Positions 40,951-54,158 of a DNA stretch of 64,000 nt are shown piece after piece. This DNA comes from Octopus sinensis (lineage: Eukaryota): the NCBI RefSeq assembly GCF_006345805.1, contig NC_042999.1:97030001-97094000 (forward strand). The letters are read 5' to 3'. Within the stretch, counting starts at the first letter, position 1. Each line of letters starts with the position of its first letter. The notes under the pieces were generated by a model. It had not been told where the DNA came from. It ran no database searches and saw only the letters and a list, made by a program, of their open reading frames with translations. The translations under genes and the position numbers were made by a program.

Positions 40951-41522
40951 AATTTTAAAATAGGATAAAATTTTTATAAGAATTTATCAAGTAGTCAGCG
41001 TGAAAAACATCATAAGGGAAAAATTATTAATCATTCCTTTAATATATTTATTTATATTAAGGGCATTACTATACATAAATGCCTCACGCTACGAGGGACT
41101 CTTAAAGCCAAAACTACAATAATAAACACATTTTTACCGAACGCGAAGGAATGCAACTCTCGAAGCGAGCATCTTAAAAACAGATTCAGCCGCAGATCAT
41201 ATGATTTCATACTTAGTGCACAAAATTCACGTTTTAATCGTCAGTGCATGCATAATCAAGACATTAAAAAATGAACAAAAAACTCAACATACCAGACGAA
41301 CACCAAATGTATCCCGTATAGTACATAGAGTTGTTTACTCGTTATACATCTATATAAAAGGCGGGCTTTTTCGAATTGCATTTCTGTACACGTTTTTATT
41401 CAGAATAAATTCAGCACTGAATATATTCCGGTTAAATTTCCAATTTAAAAATAGGATAAAATTTTTATAAAAATTTATCAAGTAGTCAGCGTGAAAAACC
41501 TCATAAGGCAAAAATTATTAAT
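40951..41522. repeat. Unclassified interspersed repeat with an 81-bp direct repeat (40951-41031 and 41442-41522)
   Basis: AAAATAGGATAAAATTTTTATAA.AATTTATCAAGTAGTCAGCGTGAAAAAC.TCATAAGG.AAAAATTATTAAT occurs twice. Confidence 0.85.
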
Positions 41523-41540
41523 ATATATATATAATATATA

Positions 41541-41578
<38 letters not shown>

Positions 41579-41956
41579 TGACCTTGTTACATGTAAAATT
41601 TTACTTAATAAAAGAGTTAAATGCAAACATATGGACAAATTTCTTTCGTTGAACGGGTGGACATCACCACCCTCTCCGAGGTAAGCTTGCAGTCTCACAA
41701 GCTTGAGCCGAAGGGATGCAACTCTTAAATTTTTTCATTCCTCTTTTTTTTTCCTCACATCCTTTCTCATGTTTTCTCAAAGACCAACGTCCTTTCTCGG
41801 TTCTTTCAAAAGAAAACAAGCTATGTTGTGTATCTGAGTCTGAAAAATTGCTTGCAAACTCACAACACGCTATACACATTATCATGTTGTCACATTATCG
41901 TTGTTTTCACAACATGAAACTAATTGCAGCTCGAATTTAAATCCTAAGTATATAAA

Positions 41957-41987
<31 letters not shown>

Positions 41988-42025
41988 TGTATGTATGTAT
42001 GTATGTATGTATGTATGTGTTGAGG

Positions 42026-42290
42026 GGGCATGGCCTAGTTGTTAACATGTTGCACTGACGATCGCGAGATCCTGGTCTCAATTCCTGAATCAATTGGTGT
42101 GTTATGTTTTCGAGCAAAACACTTCATCTCACGTTGTTCTGTGATCAATTCGACCCATGACGAGTGATACTCTGTACACTCGTTCAGGCAACGTTGGTTT
42201 CATGGAAGGATTGAGCAGCACATAAGTTTGATCATTATAAGCAAATCATTTGTGCAGTTTGTTCAAAAAGGAGTTGCAGAACCGTCTTTC
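42026..42290 (+). mobile_element. Degenerate SINE family C copy
   Basis: GCATGGCCTAGTTGTTA head; GTGTTATGTTTTCGAGCAAAACACTTCATCTCACGTTG core. Confidence 0.65.
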
Positions 42291-42337
42291 TCGGACTACG
42301 AAAGACTATCGTCATCATCACCATCATGTATGTATGT

Positions 42338-42815
42338 CTCTTTTATTTTTTAATTATTATAAATCTTCCACTGAAGAGGGAGCCGGTTTCCAACAAATAT
42401 ACAAGGCTCCATCTTTGGGATGTAGTTAACACAGACGAATTCTCATTTGGAACTTGAGAAAAGTTTTGCATATTTTTACAGTTCTACTCACAGATTGCTC
42501 TTGTAATGTACGAATTAGCCGGTCGATTTCTCTTTCTGAAAATCCCAGTTTATCCAGATTCTCCTTTAAGCATTTATTAACAAAACCTAGTGTTCCAATT
42601 ATTATCGGTATGAATATGAATTCATAGTCTGGCTATAGAAGCTGTAGGTTTCGAAGCAGTTGTCCATAGATATCCTCTTTTTCCTTGATTTTCAAAGAGA
42701 TATTTATATTTGGAGGGAAGCTGACCTCTGTGATGGTATATATCTTTGCCCCTCTGTTCCAAACAATAATATCCGGCTGATATGTTTACATTTGGCAAAA
42801 GTTTTGAAAGGAATA
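42338..42815 (-). mobile_element. 3' fragment of RLE family R2x
   Basis: Minus strand QPDIIVWNRGAKIYTITEVSFPPNINISLKIKEKEDIYGQLLRNLQLL*PDYEFIFIPIIIGTLGFVNKCLKENLDKLGF...TVKICKTFLKF: PD-E type restriction-like endonuclease. Confidence 0.9.
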
Positions 42816-44319
42816 TGTATGCATGTATGTATGTATGTTTTTGCACGTCACAATTTTATCTAGTGTGTGTATTCAGGAAACAAGGCAATGTGCTTTGAGG
42901 GAGATGTAGCTATTAATTTATTCCATCAAGCAACTGCTTAGAGGCTCCCACTTTGGCTCAGTGGAGGTGCATCTGTATATGCACGCCTTTGTGCTTGTGT
43001 TTGCACGTGAGTTTGTGTGAATGTATGTGTTGCGTGAGCATGTGGTGAGTGTGTGTGTATATGTGTGGTCGTGTATAATTTCACCGAAATAGAATAATAA
43101 ATCCCGTGTTATGGAACAATAGAAGACAATTGCCAGAAATGAGACTTATTTTAAATGTTTCATGTTTAAAAGCTGAATTTTTCAATCGGATACCAATTAA
43201 TTAGTTCTTGCGCTCAGCTATTCGTTCTTTACAATCAAGACTTAAATATATTTTGCCTTCACAAACCGCTCTTACATTCTGTGTGTGTATACGTTATGGT
43301 GTGGTGTGTGATGTACGTGTGCGTGTGCGTGTGTGTTAATTCATATCGAGAATATCTACGGTGGCATTCTTATATGTGACTGTGTGAATTTTTTGTTAGT
43401 TTACTTTTTGTTTAAACTGAATATAGAAATATTACCAAAATAAATTATCTTTCTTCTCATTATATATTAATTAGTTTATTTATTTATTGTTACTAAAATA
43501 TAATCCAAGGCCATTATATTAACCTCTAAATAACTGGGTCGTATTTCTCCGATGAAATAAATATTTAGAAAATAATCGTTCCAATTCTTGTGTCCTTTGT
43601 TATAGAAAAATTAACAATAGTTTTCTTCAAATAATTCCAATATTTCTGTGAGATTGTTTCTTTATTATTTGCGAAGTTTAAATATCCTATTTAAATATCC
43701 ACATATTTTCCTTCCTTCGTTCTTTCTTCTTACTGTTTGTCTTCTTAGAGTTTGTTTTGTTTTTGTTTTTTGTTTCTTCTTTTTTCTAGTTTCTTTCTAT
43801 CTCAATCTGTTTGGTTTTTCATTTTGTTCTATTATCATTTTTACAAAATCTCTTCTCTCTTTATCAATTGATTAAAAGAAAGAGAATTTATTTTTAAAAT
43901 AAGTTCGATTTACTTATTGTCCTTAGCTTCTACTGAGATTGAATCTAATGTTGCTCATAACTCTGTGTGTGTGTGTGCGTTCGTGTATATGTGCGTACAT
44001 ATATATAGAGAGAGGGGGGAGAGAGGGTAAGGATAAAGGAAGAAGGGGTGTCCTTGATATTTCGAAGTAGAGCAGAGATTCCTAATCCTTTTTGCAACAA
44101 GAACCGGTTTCGGATACAACAGCTTTCCCACAGCCGGAGGATGATACACATAACAAAAAATGAAGAGCATTATGTGTAATTTAATTAGTACATACATATA
44201 TTACATATATAATATATATTTAATGCAAAAACACCCAACAGACTGCGATAATCAATAAAATAGAAATAAAATAGAAATAAAATTTTACAATTTATTCTTT
44301 CTATGCAGCCTAGTATCAA

Positions 44320-44369
44320 ATGATCTGTGGTCCAGTACTGGCCCGCGGCTCGACGGCTGGGCACCCCTG
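44320..44369 (-). mobile_element. hAT (Charlie-like) transposon terminus
   Basis: Reverse complement CAGGGGTGCCCAGCCGTCGAGCCGCGGGCCAG resembles typical hAT TIRs. No partner end was found. Confidence 0.55.
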
Positions 44370-44509
44370 GTATACAGGATATGATTTGAGTGAAAAGTGA
44401 AATCCTCTTTCTTTTCTTTCCTTTCCTGAGCGTCCAATAACACTCTACTTATTCTACGTCTTCGCATTGTTGTTTTTTGTTGTTGTTTTCTTGCTTGTTC
44501 ATATTTGGA

Positions 44510-44567
<58 letters not shown>

Positions 44568-44569
<2 letters not shown>

Positions 44570-46103
44570 GGGGGGGTTATTTGACTGGTGATCTAAACGA
44601 ATAGGTACGTTGTGTAAGTGCTATAATTGGTCATCCGTTAGGTTCCAAGTTCACAGCTGCGGCTAGAGCTAGAGATCCGTCGTAGGTTTCCGAGTTGGCA
44701 GGTATATATTAGAGGAAACGACAACAAAAAACAAGGCAGGACGAGAATCTCAAGTCATTTAGAGTATTTGATTAGAGTAAGGTGAATTTGAAGTAATTAA
44801 TCAATCAATTAGTTAATTAATTAATTACTGGATGTCTTACAGCTGTTTCTAAGATATCCCAAGTGATAGGTTAGCATCTATATACACTGGATACTCCGTC
44901 ATAAGAAACAAGGTGAGTACGTATGAAAATTCTTGATAGGGACTTCACAGTTTCTAGAGGAATAAAATAGTAGATAGAAGAATAAAGAGTAAAACAGTAG
45001 ATAGAAGAATACAGACAGGAGAATAAAGTTCACAGCTCATTTCTTCCAGAGGGTATGGAGATTGGTCTGTACTTCCGTGAAGGTATAGCTGCTTAAGTAT
45101 AATCCCAGGCAGTATTTTGAATGTTGCGTTCATGTTGAAGGAATAAATTAAGTGGTCAGCTAGTATGAAAATGGTCCGCGTGGGTATATAGAGTGAGAAA
45201 GACAGACATTATGATAGACAAATATGGGTTGTGAGTGAGTGAATAGATGAGAGAAGAAAGAGAGAAAAGAAAGGAATGGGATAGGTGCAAGAAAGAATGA
45301 ATGAGAACGAAAGTAAAAAATAAAAAATAAAGATAAAAGATAAGATACCAGTATTATTCTTCGTTAGGGTCGGTTCTGGAATTGAGGTCAGGCGTTAAGG
45401 TTTTGGTAAAGTGGAGGAGGAGGCAGTTATGGCTCTTAAATAGAATTCTAGTTTCGGTGTGATCAGAAAGAATATTTAAGTCAGCGGTAATTTCTAGGAC
45501 ACTTATGCTGATAGATGAAAGAAAAGAAATACGTACGTATATTGTAACGATCGTGGATGTACATGGCAAGTGTTATGTGTGTTGATTTTACTTGCATTTA
45601 GACCTATGGAAGAATCTAAAAGTACGATAGGACTTATGTTTACATGTAGAGAATACTTCGTGATGTTTATCGAGTAAATGGGGTGAATCATGAATTGATA
45701 TTTGGAGGGCTTCCTTCAGGCAGAGTTCACACACGGAGCACTGGCCTTGGTATGGGACACAAGAATCTATTATGATCCAGGATATCCTATATGGTATTTT
45801 CCTATATCAGATAGTGTATGTCGATTTGCTATGTTCCTCATATTTAAATGAGTTCAGATGTGCAGAATATCTCTGTTTAAAATTAATAGTAGACTTGATG
45901 TAATGGCCAGTAGAAATGTGCAATATGTTGCAGACAATGCATTTATATACCATGTTAAACCTTCTGCAAGGGGCTTGCAGTGGGTATTCGGTCACAGATC
46001 GGCAGTTACAGCTATATGTCTTATGTGGGTTAGTTGTGGAAAGGGAGGATGATTGTACTATTTATGGACAAGTTAAAGTATTAGGGGATTGACTCGTATT
46101 ATT
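44568..46103 (-). mobile_element. Penelope-like element (Neptune-type): GIY-YIG endonuclease and 3' pseudo-LTR region
   Basis: SCNCRSVTEYPLQAPCRRFNMVYKC...YIKSTINFKQRYSAHLNSF...ISWIIIDSCVPYQGQCSVCELCLKEALQI...LLDKHHEVFSTCKH, followed by a 3' region with a hammerhead-like motif that ends in (TA)n. Confidence 0.82.
44834..44909 (-). ncRNA. Hammerhead-like motif in the PLE 3' region
   Basis: GUUU-CUUAUGA-C-GGAGUAUCCA...UGGGAUAUCUU-A-GAAAC-AGCU-GUA-AGAC. Stem I is GUUU/AGAC and stem III the palindrome ACAGCUGU. G5 is changed to U. Confidence 0.6.
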
Positions 46104-49100
46104 ATTATTCGGTAGTCTTATTTTTATAACGTGCTTTCACTGCAAAACCGAGCGCAGCTCTGCGTGCCTTGGATGTGTGCTGTGTGCCTTAGGTGTGTGC
46201 TGTATGCCTTGGGTGTGTTCTGTGTGCCTTGGGTGTGTGCTGTGTGCCTTGGGTGTGTGCTGTGTGCCTTGGGTGTGTGATGCTCTTATAGTTACTGTAT
46301 TGAAAGTGTTTTACGTAGGATGTGTACGGTGCCTAGTAGTGCTATTTTTTGTATGTTACATATATTTGTTAGTCCTGATGTTTTTGTTTTGTATTTGCCT
46401 CAATATATTTTTATCATACCTAATGCGCCTACTATGATAGGAATTGTTTCTGCTTTTAGACTCCACATTCGAGTCACCTCTATTTCCAGGTCTTTGTATT
46501 TTGAAAGTTTCTTCATTTCTTTTAGAGAAACGTTGTCATCTGTTGGTATTGATACATCAATTAGAAAGCATTTTTTCTTCATGATCTCTGACAATTATAT
46601 TTAGCCTATTGGCCTTAATTTCTGTATCTGTGTGTATTGGCATATCCCATAGTATTGTTGCTTTCTCATTTTCTGTGACCTTTTCTGTTGTTATTCCATA
46701 GTGTTGGCATAGCTTCAAGTGTATGTAGGTCCCAACTCTATCGTGTTTGTGAATATATTCCTTCTTAGCCAGGACTGGGCAGCCAGAGGCAATATGATTT
46801 ATTGTTTCTTGCCCGTCTCCACATATTCTGCAGTTACTTGTTGTTTCTTTTCATATGTTTTTGGTAATTTCTGGTGGGGAGGTTTTGGTCTTGTGCTGCA
46901 ATTAAAAATCCCTCAGTCTCTGCTTTGAGTCCTGAGCTCCTCAGCCATTGTTGAGATTTTACTTTGTCTATTTCTTTTGAGTTTAGTTTAACCCAGTATT
47001 TGCCATGAAGGGGCTTTACTTGCCATCGTTTTATCATGATCCGTTGCTGTTCTAGTTTTAGTTTGGATTTCAGTTATTTTACAGCTTTTGTTGTTTCATC
47101 TTTTTCTTCATAGTTGTTAGGTAGTATGACTTCTTGTTTGCATTTGTCAGCTTCCTTAAGGACTGAAAATGGGTTTTGTTTTGTTCGTGTTTTGTGGCTA
47201 TTTGTATTAGGTTTCCTTGCTTCTGAAGTAGATATTTTGGAGTCCTATGGTGGTTATTTTGTAATAGTTTTCTAGCTGTATAAGGCCTCTACAACCGTCT
47301 ATATGGCCTCTACCATATAAGGCTTCAACCACCCTTCTATGTCAGATTTTGTGTTGTGCATTATTTTTCTTGTTTTTCTATCTATTTTGATTAGTTCATT
47401 TAGTCCAGTTAAGGAAATTGTAGCTGTAACTTATAACTGGGACGGCTAAAGTGTTGATACCTATTATCTTGTTTTTCGCATTGAGTTTTGCTTTCAGTAT
47501 TAATATAACTCGTCTTTAGTATTCTTTTCTTATTTTCTCTTTCATTTGTGTATGTTGTATTGTATCTAGTTCATTGATTCCTAAGTATTTCTATGTCTGG
47601 CTTTGGTCTAATTCTCTTATTTCATTTGCTTTATCTAGTGTGATGTTGCTACTCCTAACTGGTTTTCCACTTTTCAAGTTTGCTTTTGGCACATGTTTCT
47701 AAGCCAAATTTCATGTTTATTTCTTTGGTAAACCCATGTTCTGGCTGTAGTAATGTTTCCAGCTGTTTATCATTTGTAGCGTACAGTTTTAGATCATCCA
47801 TATATAAGAGGTAGCTAATTGTTTTTCCGTAATAGTTGTATTCACATTCAGTTCTGCTGAGCTTGACGGTGTCAGTGCCAAGCAGGAAAGGAGTGGATAG
47901 TGAGTCTCCCTGGAATATTCCTCTTCTAATGGGGATGGATTTGGTTATTATGAGTCCCTCTTTTGTTTGGAGTTATAGCACTGTCTGCCATTTATTCATG
48001 GAATATGTTATATATTTTATGATTATTGGTGCAACCTTGTTCATGGCTAGTGTTTCTATGATCCATTTGTGGGGAATACTATCAAAAGCCTTTCGTTCAT
48101 CGATCCAGGCCATACTTAGACCCTTCTTCTTTCTACGGCTGTCTTCAGTTATGGCTTTATTGACCATTAGTTGATCTTTACTGCTGTATGAGCCCTTGCA
48201 GCATCCCTTCTGCTCTTCTGGAAACAGGTTGTTTTCTTCCAAATGCTTGCTCATTCCCTGTGATATTATTGCAATAAAGGCTTTGTAAATTGTATGGAGA
48301 CAAGTTATTGGTCTGTAATTTTGTGGGTTTTCTGTTTCAGTGAACTTGGGAATTAGGATAGTTTTCCCTTCGGTGAGCCATTCAGGCATTCTTTCTGGCT
48401 CTGCTAGTATGTCATTAAATTTCTCAGCCAGCTTTTTGTCAGATATTTTGACCAGAAATCGGGGATCTTATCGTTCCCGAGTGCCTTCCAGTTGCTTAGT
48501 TTTAGCAGTACCTGGATGATATTTTTAGTTGTTTTAGGGGTCCAGAGTTGTTCAGGTGCTGAGTTCGTTGTTTTGATAGACTTTTTCTGAGGTTGTTCCT
48601 TCGCTGACCACATTTCTTTCCAAAATTCTTCTGCTGTTGGTACTGCATTAATATCTATTTTATTTTTGCCAAATTCTCGGTAGAATCTTTTGGGGTTGGA
48701 GTTGAACTGTTTGTTTTGTTCAAAGAAACGTTGACGTTTCTCATACCGGCGGATTCTTTGTGCTTTGGCGAGGGCATCTTGCTTTAGCTTTTCCTTTACC
48801 TCAGGTAAACCTTTTTTCTGTAATTTTGTATTTTTGTTCTCTTCTTGTAGTTTAGTAGTGTTAATTGTCTATTAGTTCCGTTAAGGATTGACAGATCTTT
48901 TCTCTTGTTTTCAATTTTTCTGGATATTATCTATCTACAGGGTTTGTTTAGGTGGTGGTACTCCTGTTTGGATGGGCTTGAGGGAGTGTCCAGCTTCTTT
49001 TGTGGCCACAGTGGCTGCTGCATATATTATATCATTTAGCCTGGTGATATTGACATTTGTTTCTATAGCTATTAGTTCTGTGACGGCCAGGGTCATGTAA

Positions 49101-49661
49101 TAATAGTATTAATGTTGTTTTAGTATCAATTTTAATTTTTATTATATTTCGTTGTTTACTTCGTTTTGTTGGAAATGTTACGTCTGTCTTCGCGTTTTAC
49201 AGTTCCAGTGCTTATGATATTATCTGGCCTTGCTGTGTGGTTACTATCTACATTTTCCTGATGTATTTTTCCTTTTAAGTGTTCTATTTCTATTTCTGAT
49301 TTTTTTTTTTTTTTTTTGAGAATATATCTTTGTATGTTAGCTAGTTTATTACAGTTAATTGCTGTATCCAAGTCTTTATTTATGTTATTTTTCTTCCAGA
49401 TTTTATATGTATATGTTGTGGTGTTTTCGTTCTTTGGGTAGAACACTGTTGTAAAATAAGCGCGTAGGATTGAAATATATTCCTCACGTGTCATAAGGAA
49501 TAAGGTCCGGCCCTTTATTTTGAGGTTCATCATTTTCGTAGGGTACCGGTCCGTTCATTTCTTATGTTAGGTGGTTTTGCGTGTGTAGTTTTTCGTACTT
49601 TTTGTGTAACAAGTTTAAAGTACGTACTTCCCGATTGTTATTCTTGGGTTGAATAATGCCG
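46104..49661 (-). mobile_element. Full-length (~3.56 kb), frameshifted R4/Dong-type non-LTR retrotransposon with TSD
   Basis: N-terminal domain (49156-49533). RT: PEWLTEGKTILIPK..NYRPITCL..EQKG..KDQL..AWIDERKAFDSIPH, GIFQGDSLS, YMDDLKLY. Also LKAETEGFLIAAQDQ and RLE LIDVSIPTDDNVSLKEMKKLSKYKDL. GTATTATT flanks both ends (46096-46103, 49662-49669). Confidence 0.93.
46161..46280 (-). repeat. 20-bp minisatellite x6 in the Dong 3' UTR
   Basis: Unit TGTGTGCCTTGGGTGTGTGC on +, six copies in register. Confidence 0.95.
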
Positions 49662-49669
49662 GTATTATT

Positions 49670-49895
49670 TAATTCATTAAAAATTTCTTTGAACATGGTG
49701 TTTGAGGACGGAGATAGTCTGGTATTGATTGGATCGTAATGTGGTGAGTGTGTTTACATGTGGTGTGCGAGCAATGATGATGTACAGTTAAAATACATCA
49801 TTACATTTGGAAAATAGAAATAAATTTCAATGACTATTACTCGGATATAGTCCAAGACTTTGTCAGTTATTTTTGGCTCCATATGATGTCATTAT
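49670..49895 (-). mobile_element. Continuation of the Penelope-like element upstream of the Dong insertion
   Basis: Minus strand NDIIW...LKFISI and MFKEIFN resemble the Neptune-type linker IIWFNPP...KF...KIFN that precedes the CNCR motif found beyond the insertion. Confidence 0.5.
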
Positions 49896-49914
49896 TCCCG
49901 ATGTATATATATAA

Positions 49915-50247
49915 AGGGTAAAGACCCCCTTCGGTCATGAATGACCATGGGATTGCACCTAGAAAGTTACCCTCCTAGACACAAGTCCGGGCAAGGTTGT
50001 TTATGGAAAACCAGCAGTCGCCCATGCATACCAGCCTCCCCTCTCCACGCCACTAGTCTTATCCAAGGGAAAGACAAAGGTCGATACAGCTTGGCACCAG
50101 TGACGTCGCAACTCATTTCTACAGGTGAGTGAACTGGAGCAACGTGAAATAAAGTGCCTTGCTCAAGAACACAACACGCAGCCCGGTCCGGGATTCGAGC
50201 TCACAACCTCACGATCGTAAGCTCGACGCTGTAACCACTGAGCCATG
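49915..50247 (-). mobile_element. SINE family C1 copy (near full length)
   Basis: GGCTCAGTGGTTACAGCGTCGAGCTTACGATCGTGAGGTTGTGAGCTCGAATCCCGG tRNA-like head; GTGTTCTTGAGCAAGGCACTTTATTTCACGTTGCTCCAG core; tail to GACCGAAGGGGGTC. Confidence 0.92.
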
Positions 50248-50251
50248 TATG

Positions 50252-50301
<50 letters not shown>

Positions 50302-50307
50302 ATATTA

Positions 50308-50346
<39 letters not shown>

Positions 50347-51273
50347 TATATATAATATATATACATATATATACATAGAGAGAAAAACAGACACGTCCAC
50401 AGCATGATTTTTAAATAGGAGGAAATATGGTGCTTTGACGAGGAATGGATCTCTAGGTCGCATCTAGTCTGCGAGATTAGGATTGAAGGAGAATATACCA
50501 CAGTAACAACAATAACAAGAACATCACGATATCACTAATATAATTCCTAACAATAAAGACCTTTTGTCGAAAGCTTACTCAACCAAGACTAACCTGGGGC
50601 TAAGCAATTACAACACAAGGCCTACCCCTAGCAACCCAGTAGCTTTGCTCCTATTACCACATCAACATCACAACGACCGCGTCAATCTCAAGCCAAGAAC
50701 ATACCACCATCAACACCAACACAACCATCAGCATTACAAGCACTATCATCATAAACATTATAAACACCAACAAACATGATACAACGACCATTGTCGATAC
50801 AGTCAATTCCACTAACCTCAACACTTCTACCATTACAACCAAAATGCCGCACTACCAGACACCAAACATGTTCAGACAGGTATGTTCACCTGTCGTAATA
50901 CAGCTCATTAGTAACCCATCTGCCACCCCTAACCTCTAAACAAACACCTTTCTTTCCCTGCCTTCGCTCCACTCATCAACTACCTTCTTCAAACAATTTC
51001 GGTTCAAGACCGATCCCTTGAAAATAAAAATCGTTACAGTAACGTCATTAACACTGCCTACCAACACCACTACCACCACTCTTCCAGCTTCTTCACCTCC
51101 TCACCAGCTCACTTCTCCAACACCGCCTACATTTCCATGCTAACAACACCATTACCAATACCAGTATTAACATCACCACCAACGCCACTGCTAAACTAGC
51201 AGCAACACCACCTCATATCCACTTTTCTTTTTTACACTTTTTTTCTCCTTTGCACTGAGTGACATTGCTCTTA

Positions 51274-51490
<217 letters not shown>

Positions 51491-51492
51491 GA

Positions 51493-51701
51493 TTTCAAAG
51501 TTTGACACAAGGCCAGCATGTTGATGGAGGAATAGGCGTAAGTCGATTACATTGATGTTAGTGCTCAACTGGTACTTATTTTATTGGCCTCGAAAGGAAG
51601 AAAGGTAAGGTCGACCTCGGCGGAATTTGAAACCAGAATGTAAAGACGGACGAAGCGTCGCTAAGTAGTTTGCCCGGCGTCCTAATAATTCTGCCAACTC
51701 G
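51493..51701 (-). mobile_element. SINE family A copy
   Basis: Reverse complement of the family A head and core (CCGCCGAGGTCGACCTT...ATAAGTACCAGTTGAGCAC). Confidence 0.85.
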
Positions 51702-51725
51702 AATAACAACAACAACAACAACAAC

Positions 51726-51766
<41 letters not shown>

Positions 51767-52734
51767 CAACGACGATGAGGAGGAGGAGGATGACGATGAT
51801 AATAATGATAATGATGATAATATGCTTACACCATTGTATCGATCTCAGTAATTGACTGGCTTTTATTTTGATGCGTGGAGATTTGCACAAAAGCGAATGA
51901 CAAAAAAAGGAAACGAAAGTGTTAAGAAGTTGACAAAGTAAATGCATGAGACACAAGGGGACATCTAGCTGACCAAGAAGGGCATGTGCCTTCTCCCAAC
52001 AGGCATTTGTGATATAAAGATGTATGCTGAGTGTTGAACCATTCTTTTTTGCCATTCTTGTCACCTTCCCTCCATACTCATCTTCTTTTCAAGTGAAACC
52101 TGAAAAAGTTAACCTGAAAAGAAAGCGTGTTTTATATCCTTGAAGCCTCGTTCAAATCACAGCTTTTTTTGCTTAGTCACCAGATGAAGGGAAAAACACT
52201 CCTCTGCTAGAAAAAAGATGGCGAAACAATCTTGACGATTAACGAGGCCGATTACTGGATCCACCCTACACGCAAAAAATATTGTTCGACAAAACTCCAC
52301 AGTCTAATAACGTTAACGAGTACGAGCAGATCCGTTAGTACTGAGTGGAAAGATTTGCCTTACAAACTGAGATCACCAAAGAATTCTAGGAGATGCGTAG
52401 CCTCAGTGCATATCTAAGCAACAACAGCTATGGCATGCTCAACCCGCTACGCAGAGGATGCTGGATGACAGACCACTTGACCTGTGTATCATGTTCCCTC
52501 CATAAGAAGCAGAAGAACTCAGACTGCATCTTGATAGACCCATCTGAGGCACTTCCGTTCCTTTGGGGAGTGTCTTTAGCCGTAGAGAGATCTGACTGGA
52601 TCGCGCAGGTCTGATTTCCTGGCCACAATGCAAAATGTAAGAACCTCGTACCTGACACGTTGTAGAATTTCTTCTAGCTCTTAATGATCTGAGTTCAAAT
52701 CCCATCATGTCCTGCATAGATGGCAAGTATAATC

Positions 52735-53058
52735 TGTCTCCATGATTAAACAATGGCACTCCGCCGGTTACGACGACGAGGTCCCAGCTCATCCCATCAA
52801 CGGAACAGCCTACGCTGAAATTAACGTGCAAATGGCTGAGCACTACATAGACACGCGTACCCTTAATGTAGTTATCAGAGAGATTCAACAGGAGACAAAA
52901 TGTGACAAGGCTGGCCCTTTGGATTACAGGCCCAACTCATTTTTAGCAGCTGAGTGAATTGGAATAACCTGAAATAAAGTGTCTTGCTCAAGGACACAAC
53001 ACGCCGCCAGGAATCGAACGCACAAGCTTACAATCATGAGTCCAATGCCCCTAGCCAC
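52735..53058 (-). mobile_element. SINE family C2 copy (C head, different tail)
   Basis: Head/core as in C1, then CCTGTAATCCAAAGGGCCAGCCTTGTCAC...GTCGTCGTAACCGGCGGAGTGCC tail. Confidence 0.85.
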
Positions 53059-53363
53059 AAAATGAGATTGCAGTAGAAAGTTCCCCTCCAAGGTACAAGT
53101 CTTGACACGGTTGTTTATGGAAGACCATCAGTCGCCTATGCATAACAACCTCCCCTCTCCACGCCACCGATGTTATCCAAGGAAAAGGCAAAGGGCGATA
53201 CAGCGTGGTGCCAGTGACGTCGCAGCTCATTTCTACAGCTGAGTGAACTGGAGCAACGCAAAATAAAGTGTCTTGCTTAAGAACACAACACAGCCCGCTC
53301 CGGGAATCGAAGTCACTATTCATGATTATGATCGCGATGCCCTAGCCACTGAGCCATGTACCT
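53059..53363 (-). mobile_element. SINE family C1 copy, 3'-truncated
   Basis: Colinear with 49915-50247. Confidence 0.9.
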
Positions 53364-53780
53364 TCAGAGTTTGTACATATGGTTCTTATATTTATTTGAA
53401 TTCAGGATTTGCTCACTACTAGGTCATTTGAATGATCGCAGAACTTGTAATACGAAGTGGGTTAATCCTGTATTTATGTGTGAGAGGTGTACACATATGT
53501 CTGTATTTTAGAGAGAGAAAAAAACGTGCATGCGAAAAGGGTTTAAATATATAACTGTGCTCATGTTGACATATTCTGTCACTCTCAAATGCAATTGCAC
53601 ATATATACGAGTATGCACAAAAGTTGACAAAAAGGCTGCACTTATACAAAGGCATAGTCAGGTAAAAAAAAAAGCGAGAGGTTCAAACACATAGACATAA
53701 CATGCGCAAAATCTGATGACATGCATGTTGATCCCACCGACTCAACAATACTCTCACACTCAAACACACACACATGCGCG

Positions 53781-53872
<92 letters not shown>

Positions 53873-53900
53873 TATATGTATGTATGCATATATGTGTATG

Positions 53901-53958
<58 letters not shown>

Positions 53959-54046
53959 GCATACATACATACATACATATACATATATGCATACATATAC
54001 ATACATACACATACATATATATATAAATAATATATATATAATATAT

Positions 54047-54158
<112 letters not shown>

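Noticed and set aside
41080-41125. Hammerhead-like reading CUACGAG-GGACU..AG(C/U)C-AAAAC in the inverted-repeat unit
   Set aside because: Both copies lack G5 and G12, so the consensus itself is not a hammerhead core.
46161-46280. CRISPR-like array
   Set aside because: Contiguous units without unique spacers, in a eukaryotic context; it is a minisatellite.
52232-52620. Possible LINE C-terminal remnant
   Set aside because: No unambiguous motif was recovered in any frame.
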